DNA from: Vulcanimicrobiota bacterium
GTDB taxonomy: Bacteria > Vulcanimicrobiota > Vulcanimicrobiia > Vulcanimicrobiales > Vulcanimicrobiaceae
Assembly (NCBI GenBank): GCA_963733295.1
Contig: CAVTCS010000003.1
Span: 544,001 to 608,000 of the forward strand
Direction of reading: 5' to 3'
DNA length: 64,000 nt
The notes beneath the pieces are model-generated. The model made no database searches. It worked only from the letters and a program-made list of their open reading frames with translations, and had not been told where the DNA came from. Made by a program: the position numbers and the translations under genes. The first letter of the stretch is position 1. Each line of letters starts with the position of its first letter. Below are positions 47,557 through 57,720 of this stretch, in pieces.

Positions 47557-47619
47557 CCTCGGAGCGCGAAGCTACAGCCGATAGTTCAAGCCGCTGGCGA
47601 GATGGTGAGCCTTCGCGTT

Positions 47620-47836
47620 TGAGATAAAGGCTCTCGACCAGCAGGTCGCCCGGAGCGATCGTGCACGGAGAATCGACGCCGCTGATCCCGTCGACGACGA
47701 TAAATTGACTAGCGGTTGCGCAGACGCCGGCCGGCTGCGTCGCGGCGACCGCCGCCGTCGCGCCGGCGAGAGCGAGAGAGGTAAGCAGGACGCTGGGCAA
47801 AGCGATGCTCGGGCGCTGCCAGAACGAGCGTTGCAT
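47620..47836 (-). pseudogene. N-terminal fragment of a secreted protein
   Basis: Signal peptide then DSPCTIAPG.LLVE..Y, reminiscent of the N-terminus of COG4313-type barrels; protein-like character is lost afterwards. Confidence 0.4.
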
Positions 47837-47907
47837 TTAGGTAAACCTCACACAAGTCGCGGCGGTGGACCTGGAAAAATCGTGCCGCGCTGCTATATGC
47901 TTGAGTC

Positions 47908-48699
47908 ATGGTTGAACCCGCAGTCGCCCGGTTGGCGGAGGCCAAGCTTCAAGCGCGCGAATTTCAAGATCGCACTTTGGAAGGGCGCCGCATCTTCGCC
48001 GAGATGTGGGGAACGTTTTTACTCGTCCTCGTCGCGGCCGGCGCGACGGTCGTTTCGGCCCGCAGCCACGGTGCGGTTACCCTCGCGATGGCCGTCGTCG
48101 CACCGGGGCTGATGGTGATGACGATCATCTACTTCATGGGCGCCGTCAGCGGAGCGCATCTCAATCCGGCGGTGACGCTGGCGTTCGCGCTGCGACGGAA
48201 CTTCCCGTGGTATCGCGTTCCAGGTTATATCGTCGCGCAGTTCGCGGGCGGCATCGCTGCGGCGCTGTTTCTGCGCGGCATGTTCGGCTTGGCGGGTCAA
48301 GCCGGCGCGACGATTCCGGATCCGTCGCTCGGTGCCGGCAAGGCGTTCGTTATGGAAGTCGTGCTCACTGCGGGTCTGGTGAACGCGATCCTGGGCACCG
48401 CGTCGGGCGCGCGGAATATCGGAACGAACGGCGCCATTGCCGTCGGCGGCTACATCGCGCTGGCGGGACTGTGGGCCGCTCCGATAAGCGGAGCCTCGAT
48501 GAACCCCGTTCGCTCGTTTGCGCCGGATTTTGCTCGAGGCGATTTCTCAACGACCTGGGTTTACATTCTCGGGCCGCTGCTCGGAGCTGCAATCGGCGTC
48601 GCCTTCGAAACGATACTCAAGGGGCCGCCTACGGTCGCGGGCAGCCGAGCGGCCCAAGGCATGCTGGACGGCGACGAAGACGATATGCGCAAACGTTAG
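47908..48699 (+). CDS. MIP/aquaporin family channel (NPA/NPV)
   Basis: AEMWGTF, SGAHLNPAVT, SGASMNPVRS. Confidence 0.92.
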   Translation: MVEPAVARLAEAKLQAREFQDRTLEGRRIFAEMWGTFLLVLVAAGATVVSARSHGAVTLAMAVVAPGLMVMTIIYFMGAVSGAHLNPAVTLAFALRRNFPWYRVPGYIVAQFAGGIAAALFLRGMFGLAGQAGATIPDPSLGAGKAFVMEVVLTAGLVNAILGTASGARNIGTNGAIAVGGYIALAGLWAAPISGASMNPVRSFAPDFARGDFSTTWVYILGPLLGAAIGVAFETILKGPPTVAGSRAAQGMLDGDEDDMRKR

Positions 48700-49274
48700 G
48701 GAATAGGTTGCTGAGCCAGGACGAAGAGAGCCACGATCAGCGTGATGAAACCGACGCTCACCACGAACACATGCGAGGGGTATGGGAAACGCGTGCAGAT
48801 TCCAGCCAAGAATGAAACGGCTGCGAAGCTCACGGTGAGCCGGACGTAATCGTCCCCGGTTTCGTTTGCCTTTTGGGCGGCGGCGAACTTCGCTCCGGCC
48901 ACGGCCTGCATCCGGTCGGCCAGCTCGTTTTCCTTGAGTCGATACTGTGGCATGGCGAAGGGCGACGGCGGCGCGTTCGGGTTCGTCATCGGACGCGTCG
49001 CGAGCCAAGCCGCAAACGCCGGCCGCATTTCAGGGCGAAAACGCTTCGCGATGAAATCGCGTACCGAGGGGTGGTTTTCTTCCGCCGCGATGATGTATTG
49101 AAGGAAGAGGCCGACGTCGACGGTTTCCAGCGCGTTGGCGCGAGCCTGATGCTCGGCCCCGATGAGCCGGGTCGCGCCTGCTTGCTGGTACTGCCGAGTC
49201 GCGATCGTTCCCCAACGTGAGGCTTGGTAGCCGCACCAGGCGGTGAGCACCGTCGCGAGAGAGATCAGCCCCAC
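48696..49274 (-). CDS. Hypothetical membrane protein
   Basis: TAWCGYQASRW..PF.MP.Y..D.YV; three TM segments; true start probably further upstream. Confidence 0.7.
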   Translation of the reverse strand: MGLISLATVLTAWCGYQASRWGTIATRQYQQAGATRLIGAEHQARANALETVDVGLFLQYIIAAEENHPSVRDFIAKRFRPEMRPAFAAWLATRPMTNPNAPPSPFAMPQYRLKENELADRMQAVAGAKFAAAQKANETGDDYVRLTVSFAAVSFLAGICTRFPYPSHVFVVSVGFITLIVALFVLAQQPIP

Positions 49275-49339
49275 AGCCGCGATATCGACGAGTCTGTCGA
49301 AGCGCCCTTTTTGGGTCTCCGGGCGCGCAGCCGTTGCGT

Positions 49340-49717
49340 CTACTGCGAGGCTCCGCCCGACTTTGCTTGTTGGATCGAGGCATGGAGCGACGCCTTGAAT
49401 TGGCTTTGCTGCGCCGGCGTCAGCACGCCGTAAATGTTCTTGAGGAGCGCCTTTTGTGCGGACTGCTTGGTTGCCGCGTCCGCGTTCGCCGTTTCGCTTT
49501 TGTAATTCTGAACCATCGGCGCGATTTGACGTTTCTGCTGCCGCGTCAGGTTGCAGCTTTCCAACGCCGTCTTAACCGCAGCTTGCATCTGTTGCGGATT
49601 CATCGCTGCCCCCGCCATTGCGCCGGAATTCGGGGCAGGTTGTTGGGCGAGCGCGACACCGGGCAGCGTTAGAGCGAGCGGCAAAGCGAAGCCGGCGAGC
49701 AATCGTGAAAGACGCAT
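49340..49717 (-). CDS. Secreted Spy/CpxP-like (LTxxQ) protein
   Basis: Signal peptide; LTRQQ and LTPAQ motifs. Confidence 0.65.
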   Translation of the reverse strand: MRLSRLLAGFALPLALTLPGVALAQQPAPNSGAMAGAAMNPQQMQAAVKTALESCNLTRQQKRQIAPMVQNYKSETANADAATKQSAQKALLKNIYGVLTPAQQSQFKASLHASIQQAKSGGASQ

Positions 49718-49797
49718 ACGTACTCCAATTGGAAGAAGAGCGGTTACCCGAAAAGCGGGCAGAAGACAGTACCCTGCGGTCGAGGAGCGGCCCTCCC

Positions 49798-51081
49798 CTA
49801 AGTCTGCGCCTTCCGCTCGATGGAGTCAAAGCCGGTATATTCGACGAGGGCCGGCGGAATGCGCACGCTGCCGTCGGCTTGCTGGTAGTTCTCGAGAATT
49901 GCGACGAGCGTGCGGCCCACGGCGAGGCCCGAGCCGTTGAGGGTGTGCACGAACTCGGGCTTCGCTTTGGGCTCGCGCCGAAAGCGGATCGCCGCGCGCC
50001 GCGCCTGGAAGTCGGTGCAGTTCGAGCACGAACTGATCTCGCGGTAGGTGTCCTGCCCCGGCAGCCACACCTCGAGATCGTAGGTCTTCGCCGCGTTGAA
50101 GCCGACGTCGGCACTGCACAGCGCGACGACGCGGTAAGGGATGCCCAGCTCCGCGAGCAGGTCGCCCGCATCGCGCGTCAACTGCTCGAGTGCGTCGAAG
50201 GAACGCTCGGGCTCGCTCAACCAGACGAGCTCGACTTTGTCGAATTGATGGAGCCGGATCAAGCCGCGGGTATCCTTTCCCGCCGCCCCCGCTTCTTTGC
50301 GGAAGCACGGCGTGTACGCGGTAAAGCGCAGCGGCAGCGAGTCGCCGGAGAGAATTTCGTCCTTGTGCAGCGCGGTCAAGGGAACTTCCGAAGTGGGGAT
50401 CATGAACAGGTCGGCGTCGCGATCCAGAAACATCGCGTCGGCGAACTTCGTGAGTTGCCCGGTCGACCACATCGTCTCGCGGTTGACCAGTACCGGCGGC
50501 GAGACTTCCTCGTACGAACGGCGCGCCGCGCGATCGAGAAAGAAGTTTGCGAGCGCACGCGAGAGCAGCGCACCCTTCCCGCGCAGCACCGCGAAGCGGC
50601 TGCCCGAAAGTTTGGCGGCGCGTTCGAAGTCCAGGATGCCGAGCGCCTCACCGATTTCCCAGTGGGGTTGCGGCGCGAAGGTGAAGCGTTTCGGTTCGCC
50701 GTGGCTGCGCACGACGACGTTGTCGGCTTCGCCCGTTCCGTCGGGCACGGAATCGTCGAGGAGATTCGGGACTTCCGATAAGATCGCATCGATTTCGGCT
50801 TCAAGCGCGGGAATCGTTTCGCCGGCGAGCGCGATGCGCGCGTCGAGATCGCCGATCTCCGGGCGAAGACGCTGAGCCTCGGCGGCGCGGTCCGGGGCTT
50901 TCGAGATTCGCGCGGTCAAGGCGTTCTTCTCGGCCCTGAGCGTCTCGGCGCCGGTGCGGGCAGCGCGCAGCTCGAGGTCGAGCGCGAGAACCTCGTCGAC
51001 GAAGTCCGCACCGGCGGGACGGCGCGCCGCGACGCGGCGAACGCGCTCGGGATCGCGCCGCAGAAGCGCAAGGTCTAGCAT
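49798..51081 (-). CDS. serS: Serine--tRNA ligase
   Basis: MLD start; PTSEV, FRKEAG, RLHQFDKVE, EISSCS, HTLNGSGLA. Confidence 0.97.
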   Translation of the reverse strand: MLDLALLRRDPERVRRVAARRPAGADFVDEVLALDLELRAARTGAETLRAEKNALTARISKAPDRAAEAQRLRPEIGDLDARIALAGETIPALEAEIDAILSEVPNLLDDSVPDGTGEADNVVVRSHGEPKRFTFAPQPHWEIGEALGILDFERAAKLSGSRFAVLRGKGALLSRALANFFLDRAARRSYEEVSPPVLVNRETMWSTGQLTKFADAMFLDRDADLFMIPTSEVPLTALHKDEILSGDSLPLRFTAYTPCFRKEAGAAGKDTRGLIRLHQFDKVELVWLSEPERSFDALEQLTRDAGDLLAELGIPYRVVALCSADVGFNAAKTYDLEVWLPGQDTYREISSCSNCTDFQARRAAIRFRREPKAKPEFVHTLNGSGLAVGRTLVAILENYQQADGSVRIPPALVEYTGFDSIERKAQT

Positions 51082-51155
51082 CGGTCCATTTCCCGCTGTC
51101 GTTTGCGGAATGCGCAGGGGCACCCGGACGGCACAAAGCGAAGTCGACCCGCCTT

Positions 51156-52424
51156 ATGCGAGATTCAACGGCGGTCCTACCCACCGAGCCCTTCGTGGCC
51201 GAGCGGTTGCTCGCGCCGGAACAGGCGCTCGCGCTGTACTTTTCGCGCGTGACGCCGGCCTTGCCCCGTGTCGAACGCGTCGCTCTGGAGAAAGCGGGCG
51301 GCTACGTTCTTGCGGAGGACGCCGTTGCCGGCGGCGATACGCCGACGCACGCGCGCTCGACCATGGACGGGTTCGCGCTCGCCGCGAGCGGTGAGGCAAC
51401 GCGCCGGATCGTCGGCGAAATCGCGATGGGCGCCGCGCCGCCGCGGGCGATCGGTGCCGGAGAAACGCTGCGCATTCCGACCGGAGGAGCGTTGCCCGAG
51501 GGAGCCGATACCGTCGTCCCCCTCGAGGACGTCGACGAGCGCGACGGATACATCTTCTTGCGCGGACCGCTCGAGAACCGCGCGTGCATCACCGAGCGTG
51601 GCGAAGACATTCGAGCGGGCACGCTGGTCCTTTCGCGTGGACGGCGCATCGGTGGTCCGGAACTCGGCGTGTTGGCAACGCTGGGCGTGACCTCGGTGCC
51701 GGTGTACGCGCGTCCGCGCTTTGCCATTTTATCGACCGGCGACGAATTGATCGATCCGGGACAGACCCCGGCGGTCGGGCAAGTGCGCGACTCGAATCGC
51801 TACGCCATCGCGGGCGCGCTGTCGGCGCTCGGAGCGGAGCCGGTGCACGTGCCGCGGGCGCCGGACCGGCTCGACGCGTTGTGCGCGACGATCGGCGCGG
51901 CACTCGCCGAGTGCGACGCCGTCGTCATGACGGGCGGCTCGTCGGTCGGATTGCGGGATCTAACGCCGCAAGCGTTGGCGAGATTGGGAGAGCCCGGCGT
52001 CATCGTCCACGGACTTCGCGTCAAACCGGGAAAGCCGACGGTTCTCGGGGCGATCGACGGCAAGCCGGTGATCGGATTGCCCGGTAATCCCGCTTCGGCG
52101 CTCACGATTTTGGAGGCGGTCGCCCGGCCGATCGTAGTTGCCGCGACCGGCGAACGGCGCGGAGCGCCGTGCGTGATCGAAGCCACCGCCGCGGCTCCGT
52201 TTAGCGGCCGCGAAGGCTGGACGTGGTACGTTCCCGTCCGTCTGCGCAACGACGCGGGCCGGCTGCTCGCGGAACCGCTCCTCATTCGTTCGGCTCACAC
52301 GGCGCTGCTCGCGCGTGCGAGCGGCTTTGCGACGGTCGGCGAATCGCCTGCGCGGATCGAAGCCGGCGGCCAAATACGGGTAACTCTCTTTTCGTCCGGC
52401 GGTGCGCCGGTCGAAGGAGTTTGA
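51156..52424 (+). CDS. moeA: Molybdopterin molybdotransferase
   Basis: STMDGFA, IPTGG.LP.GAD, STGDEL, TGGSSVG, KPGKP, GLPGNP. Confidence 0.95.
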   Translation: MRDSTAVLPTEPFVAERLLAPEQALALYFSRVTPALPRVERVALEKAGGYVLAEDAVAGGDTPTHARSTMDGFALAASGEATRRIVGEIAMGAAPPRAIGAGETLRIPTGGALPEGADTVVPLEDVDERDGYIFLRGPLENRACITERGEDIRAGTLVLSRGRRIGGPELGVLATLGVTSVPVYARPRFAILSTGDELIDPGQTPAVGQVRDSNRYAIAGALSALGAEPVHVPRAPDRLDALCATIGAALAECDAVVMTGGSSVGLRDLTPQALARLGEPGVIVHGLRVKPGKPTVLGAIDGKPVIGLPGNPASALTILEAVARPIVVAATGERRGAPCVIEATAAAPFSGREGWTWYVPVRLRNDAGRLLAEPLLIRSAHTALLARASGFATVGESPARIEAGGQIRVTLFSSGGAPVEGV

Positions 52425-52978
52425 TGAAGCACTGCACCTTTTTCCTCGCGATGCTGTTCCCGCTACTTGCCGCTTGTTCGCAAGACGTCGGCCAAGCCGA
52501 GAAAGCGATCTCGACTTCCGCACCCGCGGTTATCGGTGACGCGGGAATCGTCGCTCAAACCGAGGCTGCTCTCGTCGGAATCGATCCCGATTCAGCCCTT
52601 CACGTTGCGGTCGACGTTCACGACGGCAACGTCACCCTGAGCGGCCGCGCGAAATCCGCGACGATCGCACAGCGTTTCGTGGACGCGGCGAAAGGCGTCA
52701 AGGGTGTCAAGAGCGTCGCTTCGCGCATCAGCGTCGACCCGAAACTGCCCTCGGCAAGCGCTCAGGCGAAAGACTTCGCGCTCTCAGCCGAAGTGAGCGC
52801 CGCACTGCTCGGCCAGGCCGGCCTCAACGCGTTTACGGTGAAGCCCAGCGCTCACGCGGGCGTCGTGACGCTCAGCGGAACCGCGAAGAGCGACGCGATC
52901 AAGACGACGATTCTCGAAACGGCGAAGCACACTGCGGGCGTCAAGAGCGTCGTGGACCGAATTTCGGTCAAGACGTGA
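52424..52978 (+). CDS. Dual BON-domain lipoprotein
   Basis: Lipobox LAAC; two GxVTLSG..GVKSV BON repeats. Confidence 0.85.
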   Translation: MKHCTFFLAMLFPLLAACSQDVGQAEKAISTSAPAVIGDAGIVAQTEAALVGIDPDSALHVAVDVHDGNVTLSGRAKSATIAQRFVDAAKGVKGVKSVASRISVDPKLPSASAQAKDFALSAEVSAALLGQAGLNAFTVKPSAHAGVVTLSGTAKSDAIKTTILETAKHTAGVKSVVDRISVKT

Positions 52979-54093
52979 ACGAAGACCCGGCGCCGGCGGC
53001 AGCGATCGGCGCGCTTCCCGTCGCGCGACCCTTTATCGCACCGGAGGAATTGGCAGCGCGAGCCGGACACTCGGCGCTGCTGCGTCTCGGCGCCAACGAG
53101 AGCGCCTTCGGTCCGCCGCCTGCGGCCGTCGCGGCGATGCACGACGATCTCGCGCGCGTCCCGTGGTACGGCGATCCCGAGTCGATGAACCTTCGCACGG
53201 CGATCGCGCAGCGGCACCAGTGCGCGGTCGAAAACGTCGTGGTCGGAGCGGGAATCGACGACCTGCTCGGACTCGCGGTGCGGGGTTATCTGGCGCCGGG
53301 CGAAACGAGCGTCTGCGCGCTCGGAACCTATCCCACCTACGCCTATCACGTGATGGGCTACGGCGGGCGGCTCGAAACGGTATCCTACGCGGCCGACGGA
53401 ACGGTGCCGCTCGACGAACTCGCACGGGCGGCTCGCGAGCGCGACGCTCGCATCGTCTATCTCGCGAATCCCGATAACCCGAGCGGTTCGTTCGCCGGAC
53501 GCGAGGCGGTCGAGGCGTTTCTGGCGCAGCTCCCGGCGCGCGCGCTGCTCGTCCTCGACGAAGCGTACGCCGACTTCGTCGACCCGCGCGAACTCCTGCC
53601 CGAACGCATCGATCCGCGGGTCGTTCGCACGCGAACGTTTTCGAAGGCGTGCGGACTCGCAGGCCTTCGCATCGGGTACGCGCTCGCCGGCGCCCAAGCG
53701 ATCGAAACGTTCGGCAAAATCCGCTTGCAGTACGGCGTCGGCCGTCTCGCGCAGACTGCCGCTCTCGCGGCGCTCGGCGAGACGAGCTTCGTCTCGGTCG
53801 TCGTGGGCGAGGTCGCGCGCGGGCGCGAAGAATATTACGAGTTGGGACGCCGGCTGGGTTTGGAAACCTTACGCTCCTGGGCGAACTTCGTCAACTTCGA
53901 TTTGGGATCGCGCGAGCGCGCCGAAGCGCTTGTCGCGGCGCTCTTGGCGCGCGCCGTCTTCGTGCGCAAGCCGGGCGCGCCGCCGCTGGACCGCTTCGTC
54001 CGGGTCACCGTCGGCACGGCGGGGGAGCGCGCCCGGTTCGCCGCGGCGCTCGCGGGCGCGCTCGACGACGTCGGCGCTCGAGCGGCGGTCTAG
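52975..54093 (+). CDS. PLP aminotransferase class I/II, HisC-like
   Basis: GANE, NPDNPSG, LDEAY, RTFSK..GLAGLRIG. Confidence 0.85.
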   Translation: MNEDPAPAAAIGALPVARPFIAPEELAARAGHSALLRLGANESAFGPPPAAVAAMHDDLARVPWYGDPESMNLRTAIAQRHQCAVENVVVGAGIDDLLGLAVRGYLAPGETSVCALGTYPTYAYHVMGYGGRLETVSYAADGTVPLDELARAARERDARIVYLANPDNPSGSFAGREAVEAFLAQLPARALLVLDEAYADFVDPRELLPERIDPRVVRTRTFSKACGLAGLRIGYALAGAQAIETFGKIRLQYGVGRLAQTAALAALGETSFVSVVVGEVARGREEYYELGRRLGLETLRSWANFVNFDLGSRERAEALVAALLARAVFVRKPGAPPLDRFVRVTVGTAGERARFAAALAGALDDVGARAAV

Positions 54094-54105
54094 GACCGCC
54101 CGAAC

Positions 54106-54831
54106 GTGCGCTACGCGATCGTCTCCGACATCCATTCGAATCTCGAAGCGCTCGAGGCGGTCCTCGGACGCTGCGCTCCGGACGACGAGGTGTTGTGTCT
54201 GGGCGACATCGTCGGGTACGGTCCCAATCCCAACGAGTGCCTCGACTTGATTCGCGCGCGCGCCTCGACGTGCATCTTGGGGAATCACGACGTCGCCGCA
54301 ATCGACGATCACGGGTTGGCGTACTTCAATCCGATGGCGCGCGAAGCGCTGAAGTGGACGCAGAGCGTTTTGCGCGCGGACCATCTGAAATGGCTCGACG
54401 GTCTGGCCTACGAGGTTCGAATGCCCGGCTATTTGCTCGTCCACGGAGCGCCGGTCGACTATTTCGAATACATCTTGGATACCGAGACGGCGGCAAAGGC
54501 GTTCGCCGCGACCGATGCGCCGCTCGTGTTCATCGGTCACTCGCACGTCGCGGAGTCGTACGCGCTGGGGAGCGACGGTCAAATCGTGCAGCGACGCCGT
54601 CCGCGGGGCGGCACGCTCGAACTCGAACCCGGTACGCGCTACCTGATCAACGTCGGTAGCGTCGGTCAGCCGCGCGACCGTAATCCCGAGGCGTCGTTTG
54701 CGACGTACGATCCCTCCGCCCGCACCGTCGTCTGGGAGCGCGTCGAATATGCGATCGCGCGGGTGCAGGCGAAGATCGGGGAGGCACAACTGCCGCCGGC
54801 TTTGGCAGAGCGGTTGAGTGCCGGACGCTGA
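54106..54831 (+). CDS. Metallophosphoesterase
   Basis: SDIHSN, GDIVGYG, GNHD, GHSH, NVGSVGQPRD. Confidence 0.92.
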   Translation: MRYAIVSDIHSNLEALEAVLGRCAPDDEVLCLGDIVGYGPNPNECLDLIRARASTCILGNHDVAAIDDHGLAYFNPMAREALKWTQSVLRADHLKWLDGLAYEVRMPGYLLVHGAPVDYFEYILDTETAAKAFAATDAPLVFIGHSHVAESYALGSDGQIVQRRRPRGGTLELEPGTRYLINVGSVGQPRDRNPEASFATYDPSARTVVWERVEYAIARVQAKIGEAQLPPALAERLSAGR

Positions 54832-54877
54832 TCGAAAGCGCGGAAGATAAACAGCACCGGCCGCGTATAGGGAAAGC

Positions 54878-55867
54878 GTGATGACCACGACCGTCGGGCG
54901 CGCGCTCGGCTCGGCTCTCTTGGCGGGATCGATCCTGCTGGCGTTGCCGGCAATCGGCGCTACGCCTCCGACGGCGACGCCGCACGCTGCCGCATCGCCG
55001 CAAGCTTCGGCCGAGCGCAACGATTACTCGAATGCCAAGTTCGTCGAAGTATTCCGTTCCGGGCTGAGCCACTTCTATCAGCGCCAGTTCAAGGATGCCG
55101 AGACCGACTTTCAGGCCGCGCTCCTCATCATTCCCGACAACACGATGGCGATCTCGTTCTTGAACGCTTCGGCACTTCAGCAGAGCGACCTCGACGTTCT
55201 GACCAACATCGAAGAAGACGCGGCTTCGGGTTCCGCCAAGAACTACGTCAATCACGTCAGGCTCGGCTTCTCGTACATGTTTCAGTCGCTCAGCGGGCGC
55301 GACCGGACGCAGGATGCGCGCGACGAACTGAATCAAGCGGTGTCGCTCGATCCGGATCGAGCCGGCGCTCACGTCGGGCTCGGGATCTTGCGCTTCAACG
55401 AACGCTCGGCGAACCGCGCCAAGACGGAGTTCTTGCTCGCGCTGAAGACCGACCCGAACAACGTGCTCGCGCGCGAGTACCTCGGGCAGCTCTATCAGAC
55501 CGACCTGCGAGATCCGCAGCGCGGGCTCAACTACGTCATCGACGTACCGAACTTGGTGCCGACCTACGCCGACATTCAGTTCCACATCGGCTCGCTGCTC
55601 TACGACCTCAAGCAACCCGACGCTGCGATCAAGTACCTCACGAACGGTCTGAACCTCGACGTGGGACACGTCGGCGAAGCGGGACAGCACGGGTACACGC
55701 TGCTGGCGCGAATCTACATCGACGAGCGCAAACTCACGGAGGCGCAGCGCGTGCTCAACCAAGCGATCGCGGCGGACGTCGATACGATCTACGCCAAGAC
55801 GCTGCTGGCGAAGATCAAAGCCGGCGACTTCGACCCGTCGCCGACGCCGAATCCCGCAACGCGGTGA
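54878..55867 (+). CDS. Secreted TPR-repeat protein
   Basis: Signal peptide; repeated TPR-like helices. Confidence 0.8.
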   Translation: MMTTTVGRALGSALLAGSILLALPAIGATPPTATPHAAASPQASAERNDYSNAKFVEVFRSGLSHFYQRQFKDAETDFQAALLIIPDNTMAISFLNASALQQSDLDVLTNIEEDAASGSAKNYVNHVRLGFSYMFQSLSGRDRTQDARDELNQAVSLDPDRAGAHVGLGILRFNERSANRAKTEFLLALKTDPNNVLAREYLGQLYQTDLRDPQRGLNYVIDVPNLVPTYADIQFHIGSLLYDLKQPDAAIKYLTNGLNLDVGHVGEAGQHGYTLLARIYIDERKLTEAQRVLNQAIAADVDTIYAKTLLAKIKAGDFDPSPTPNPATR

Positions 55868-56334
55868 GCGAAAACGCGAAGCTGGCAGCTCCGGTCGACG
55901 ACGGGTTCTGTTTCGGTTGCGGTCCACGTTCGAAAATCGGACTGCATATGACTTTCACTGAGCTCGAGGACCGTTCGGTCGAGAGCCGGGTCGTGCTCGA
56001 CGCGGCGTACCAAGGCTGGCGCGGCGTCGCGCACGGCGGCATCGTCGCGCTGATGCTCGACGAAGCGATGGCCTATGCGGCGGCCGCAGTCGGCTACCTC
56101 GGCGTAACCGGTGAAATGAAGATGCGCTTTCGCCATCCCGTGCCGATCGACGAACCGCTCGTCGTGCGCGGTAAGGTCCTGTGGCAGCGGCGCAACGTCT
56201 TTGGGATCGAAGCTTCAATTGCAAGCGCGGACGGGCGCAAGCCGTTTGCGAGCGGCGAAGGAAGCTTCGTTTCACGCGGCAAGCTCGCGCCCGGGCAGCG
56301 CCTCGGGCGACTGACCGGCGATGGCCGGCTCTAA
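55864..56334 (+). CDS. PaaI-family thioesterase
   Basis: CFGCG, QG..GVAHGG..LDE hot-dog motif. Confidence 0.88.
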   Translation: MSENAKLAAPVDDGFCFGCGPRSKIGLHMTFTELEDRSVESRVVLDAAYQGWRGVAHGGIVALMLDEAMAYAAAAVGYLGVTGEMKMRFRHPVPIDEPLVVRGKVLWQRRNVFGIEASIASADGRKPFASGEGSFVSRGKLAPGQRLGRLTGDGRL

Positions 56335-56827
56335 AGCGCGTCCGGTTGCCGTCAAAGGCGACGCGCCCAAGCCGCCGATCCCGGCGCCCACGGTCGACAA
56401 CCGGCGAGCGCGTTTCGAATACGAGTTCCTCGAGCGCTTTGAGGTCGGCATCGTCCTGACCGGGACCGAGATCAAGAGCGTGCGGACCGGCCAGATCAGC
56501 CTCAACGAGGCCTTCGCGCGCGTGCGCGACGGCGAGCTCTGGCTGCTCGGCATGCACATCCCTCCTTACAAAGAAGGCAGCTTCTCGAACCACGATCCGA
56601 CCCGGGCCAGGAAGCTTCTCATGCACCGCAAGGAGATCGATCGGCTTGCCGGCCGTGCCGCGGAAAAGGGACTCACGCTCGTGCCGACCCGCCTGTACTT
56701 CAAGCGCGGACGCGTCAAGCTCGACCTCGCCCTCGCCCGCGGCAAGAAAATCTACGACAAGCGCCGCGAAGAGCGCGAACGCGACGCCAAGCGCGACCTA
56801 GCGCGCGAAATGGGGCGCCGCCCTTGA
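56321..56827 (+). CDS. smpB: SsrA-binding protein
   Basis: NRRARFEY, GIVLTGTEIKS, RKLL.H..EI, GKK.YDKR. Confidence 0.97.
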   Translation: MAGSKARPVAVKGDAPKPPIPAPTVDNRRARFEYEFLERFEVGIVLTGTEIKSVRTGQISLNEAFARVRDGELWLLGMHIPPYKEGSFSNHDPTRARKLLMHRKEIDRLAGRAAEKGLTLVPTRLYFKRGRVKLDLALARGKKIYDKRREERERDAKRDLAREMGRRP

Positions 56828-57718
56828 GGGGTACGCATCCCGAGCGGGCGCTCGAACGGTGGCTGACGGAACGGGTCGGGGCGGCGCCGGGCGAGGTGCT
56901 CGTGGCGGCGACCTCGGGCGGACCGGATAGCGTCGCGCTGGCAGCCTTGCTCGCGCTCGCCGCGGAAGGGGCGGGAGCATCGCTCGTGCTCGCCCACGTC
57001 AACCACGGCACGCGTCCCGGCGCCTGGCAGGACGAGGCGGTCGTCCTGGCAGTCGGAGCCACGCTCGGAGCGCGGGTGCTGAGCGCTTCACTCGAACCGG
57101 GTCCGGCCGGCGAGGCGCGGCTTCGCGCGGGGCGATATGCCTGCTTGACGCGGATCGCCCGGTCCGCCGGCGGGAGGCGCGTGTTTCACCGCGCACAACG
57201 CCGAGGATCAAAGCGAAACCGTGCTGCTGGCGCTCTTCCGGGGAGCCGGGCGCACGGGTTTGGCCGGCATGCCGGGGCGCCGGACTCTCGAGCGCGGCAT
57301 CCAGCTCGAACGGCCGCTCCTCGACGTGTCCCGGGTCGTCTTGCGCGAGTACTGTGCCCGGCGTCACCTGCCGGTCGCACTCGATCCGAGCAACGCGGCG
57401 CCAGGCTACCGCCGCAACGCCGTCCGGGCCGCTCTCTCGGATTTGAGGGAAACCTTCCCGGGTCTCGACGAGGCCGTCGCTCGCTGCGCGGCGATTCTCC
57501 AGGCCGAGCAAGCCGGAAGCGAGCGAGCCTCGCTCCGGGCGACGCTCCGGGAGGCAATCGTCGCCTCGACTGGAGATGCTCGCGACGTGAGCTTCCTGCG
57601 CCTGGAAGCCGCCGTGCGGGGCATCGAGCGCAGGCGGACCGGCCGGCACCTCGTGCGTCCCGGGCTCGAAATCGAGATCCGGAAGACACCCCCGAACTCA
57701 CCGGAAGTATCGTCCTGA
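56824..57718 (+). pseudogene. tilS: tRNA(Ile)-lysidine synthetase with a +1 frameshift (real or sequencing error)
   Basis: SGGPDS, HVNHG and R..RY in one frame; TAHNAEDQSET, RPLL, DPSN and RNAVR in the next; extra T at 57184-57186. Confidence 0.85.
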
Positions 57719-57720
57719 GC

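Noticed and set aside
49275..49343. GTA start overlapping the upstream TAG for the 48696 membrane gene
   Set aside because: The frame is open and protein-like, but GTA initiation is too poorly supported to call without homologues.
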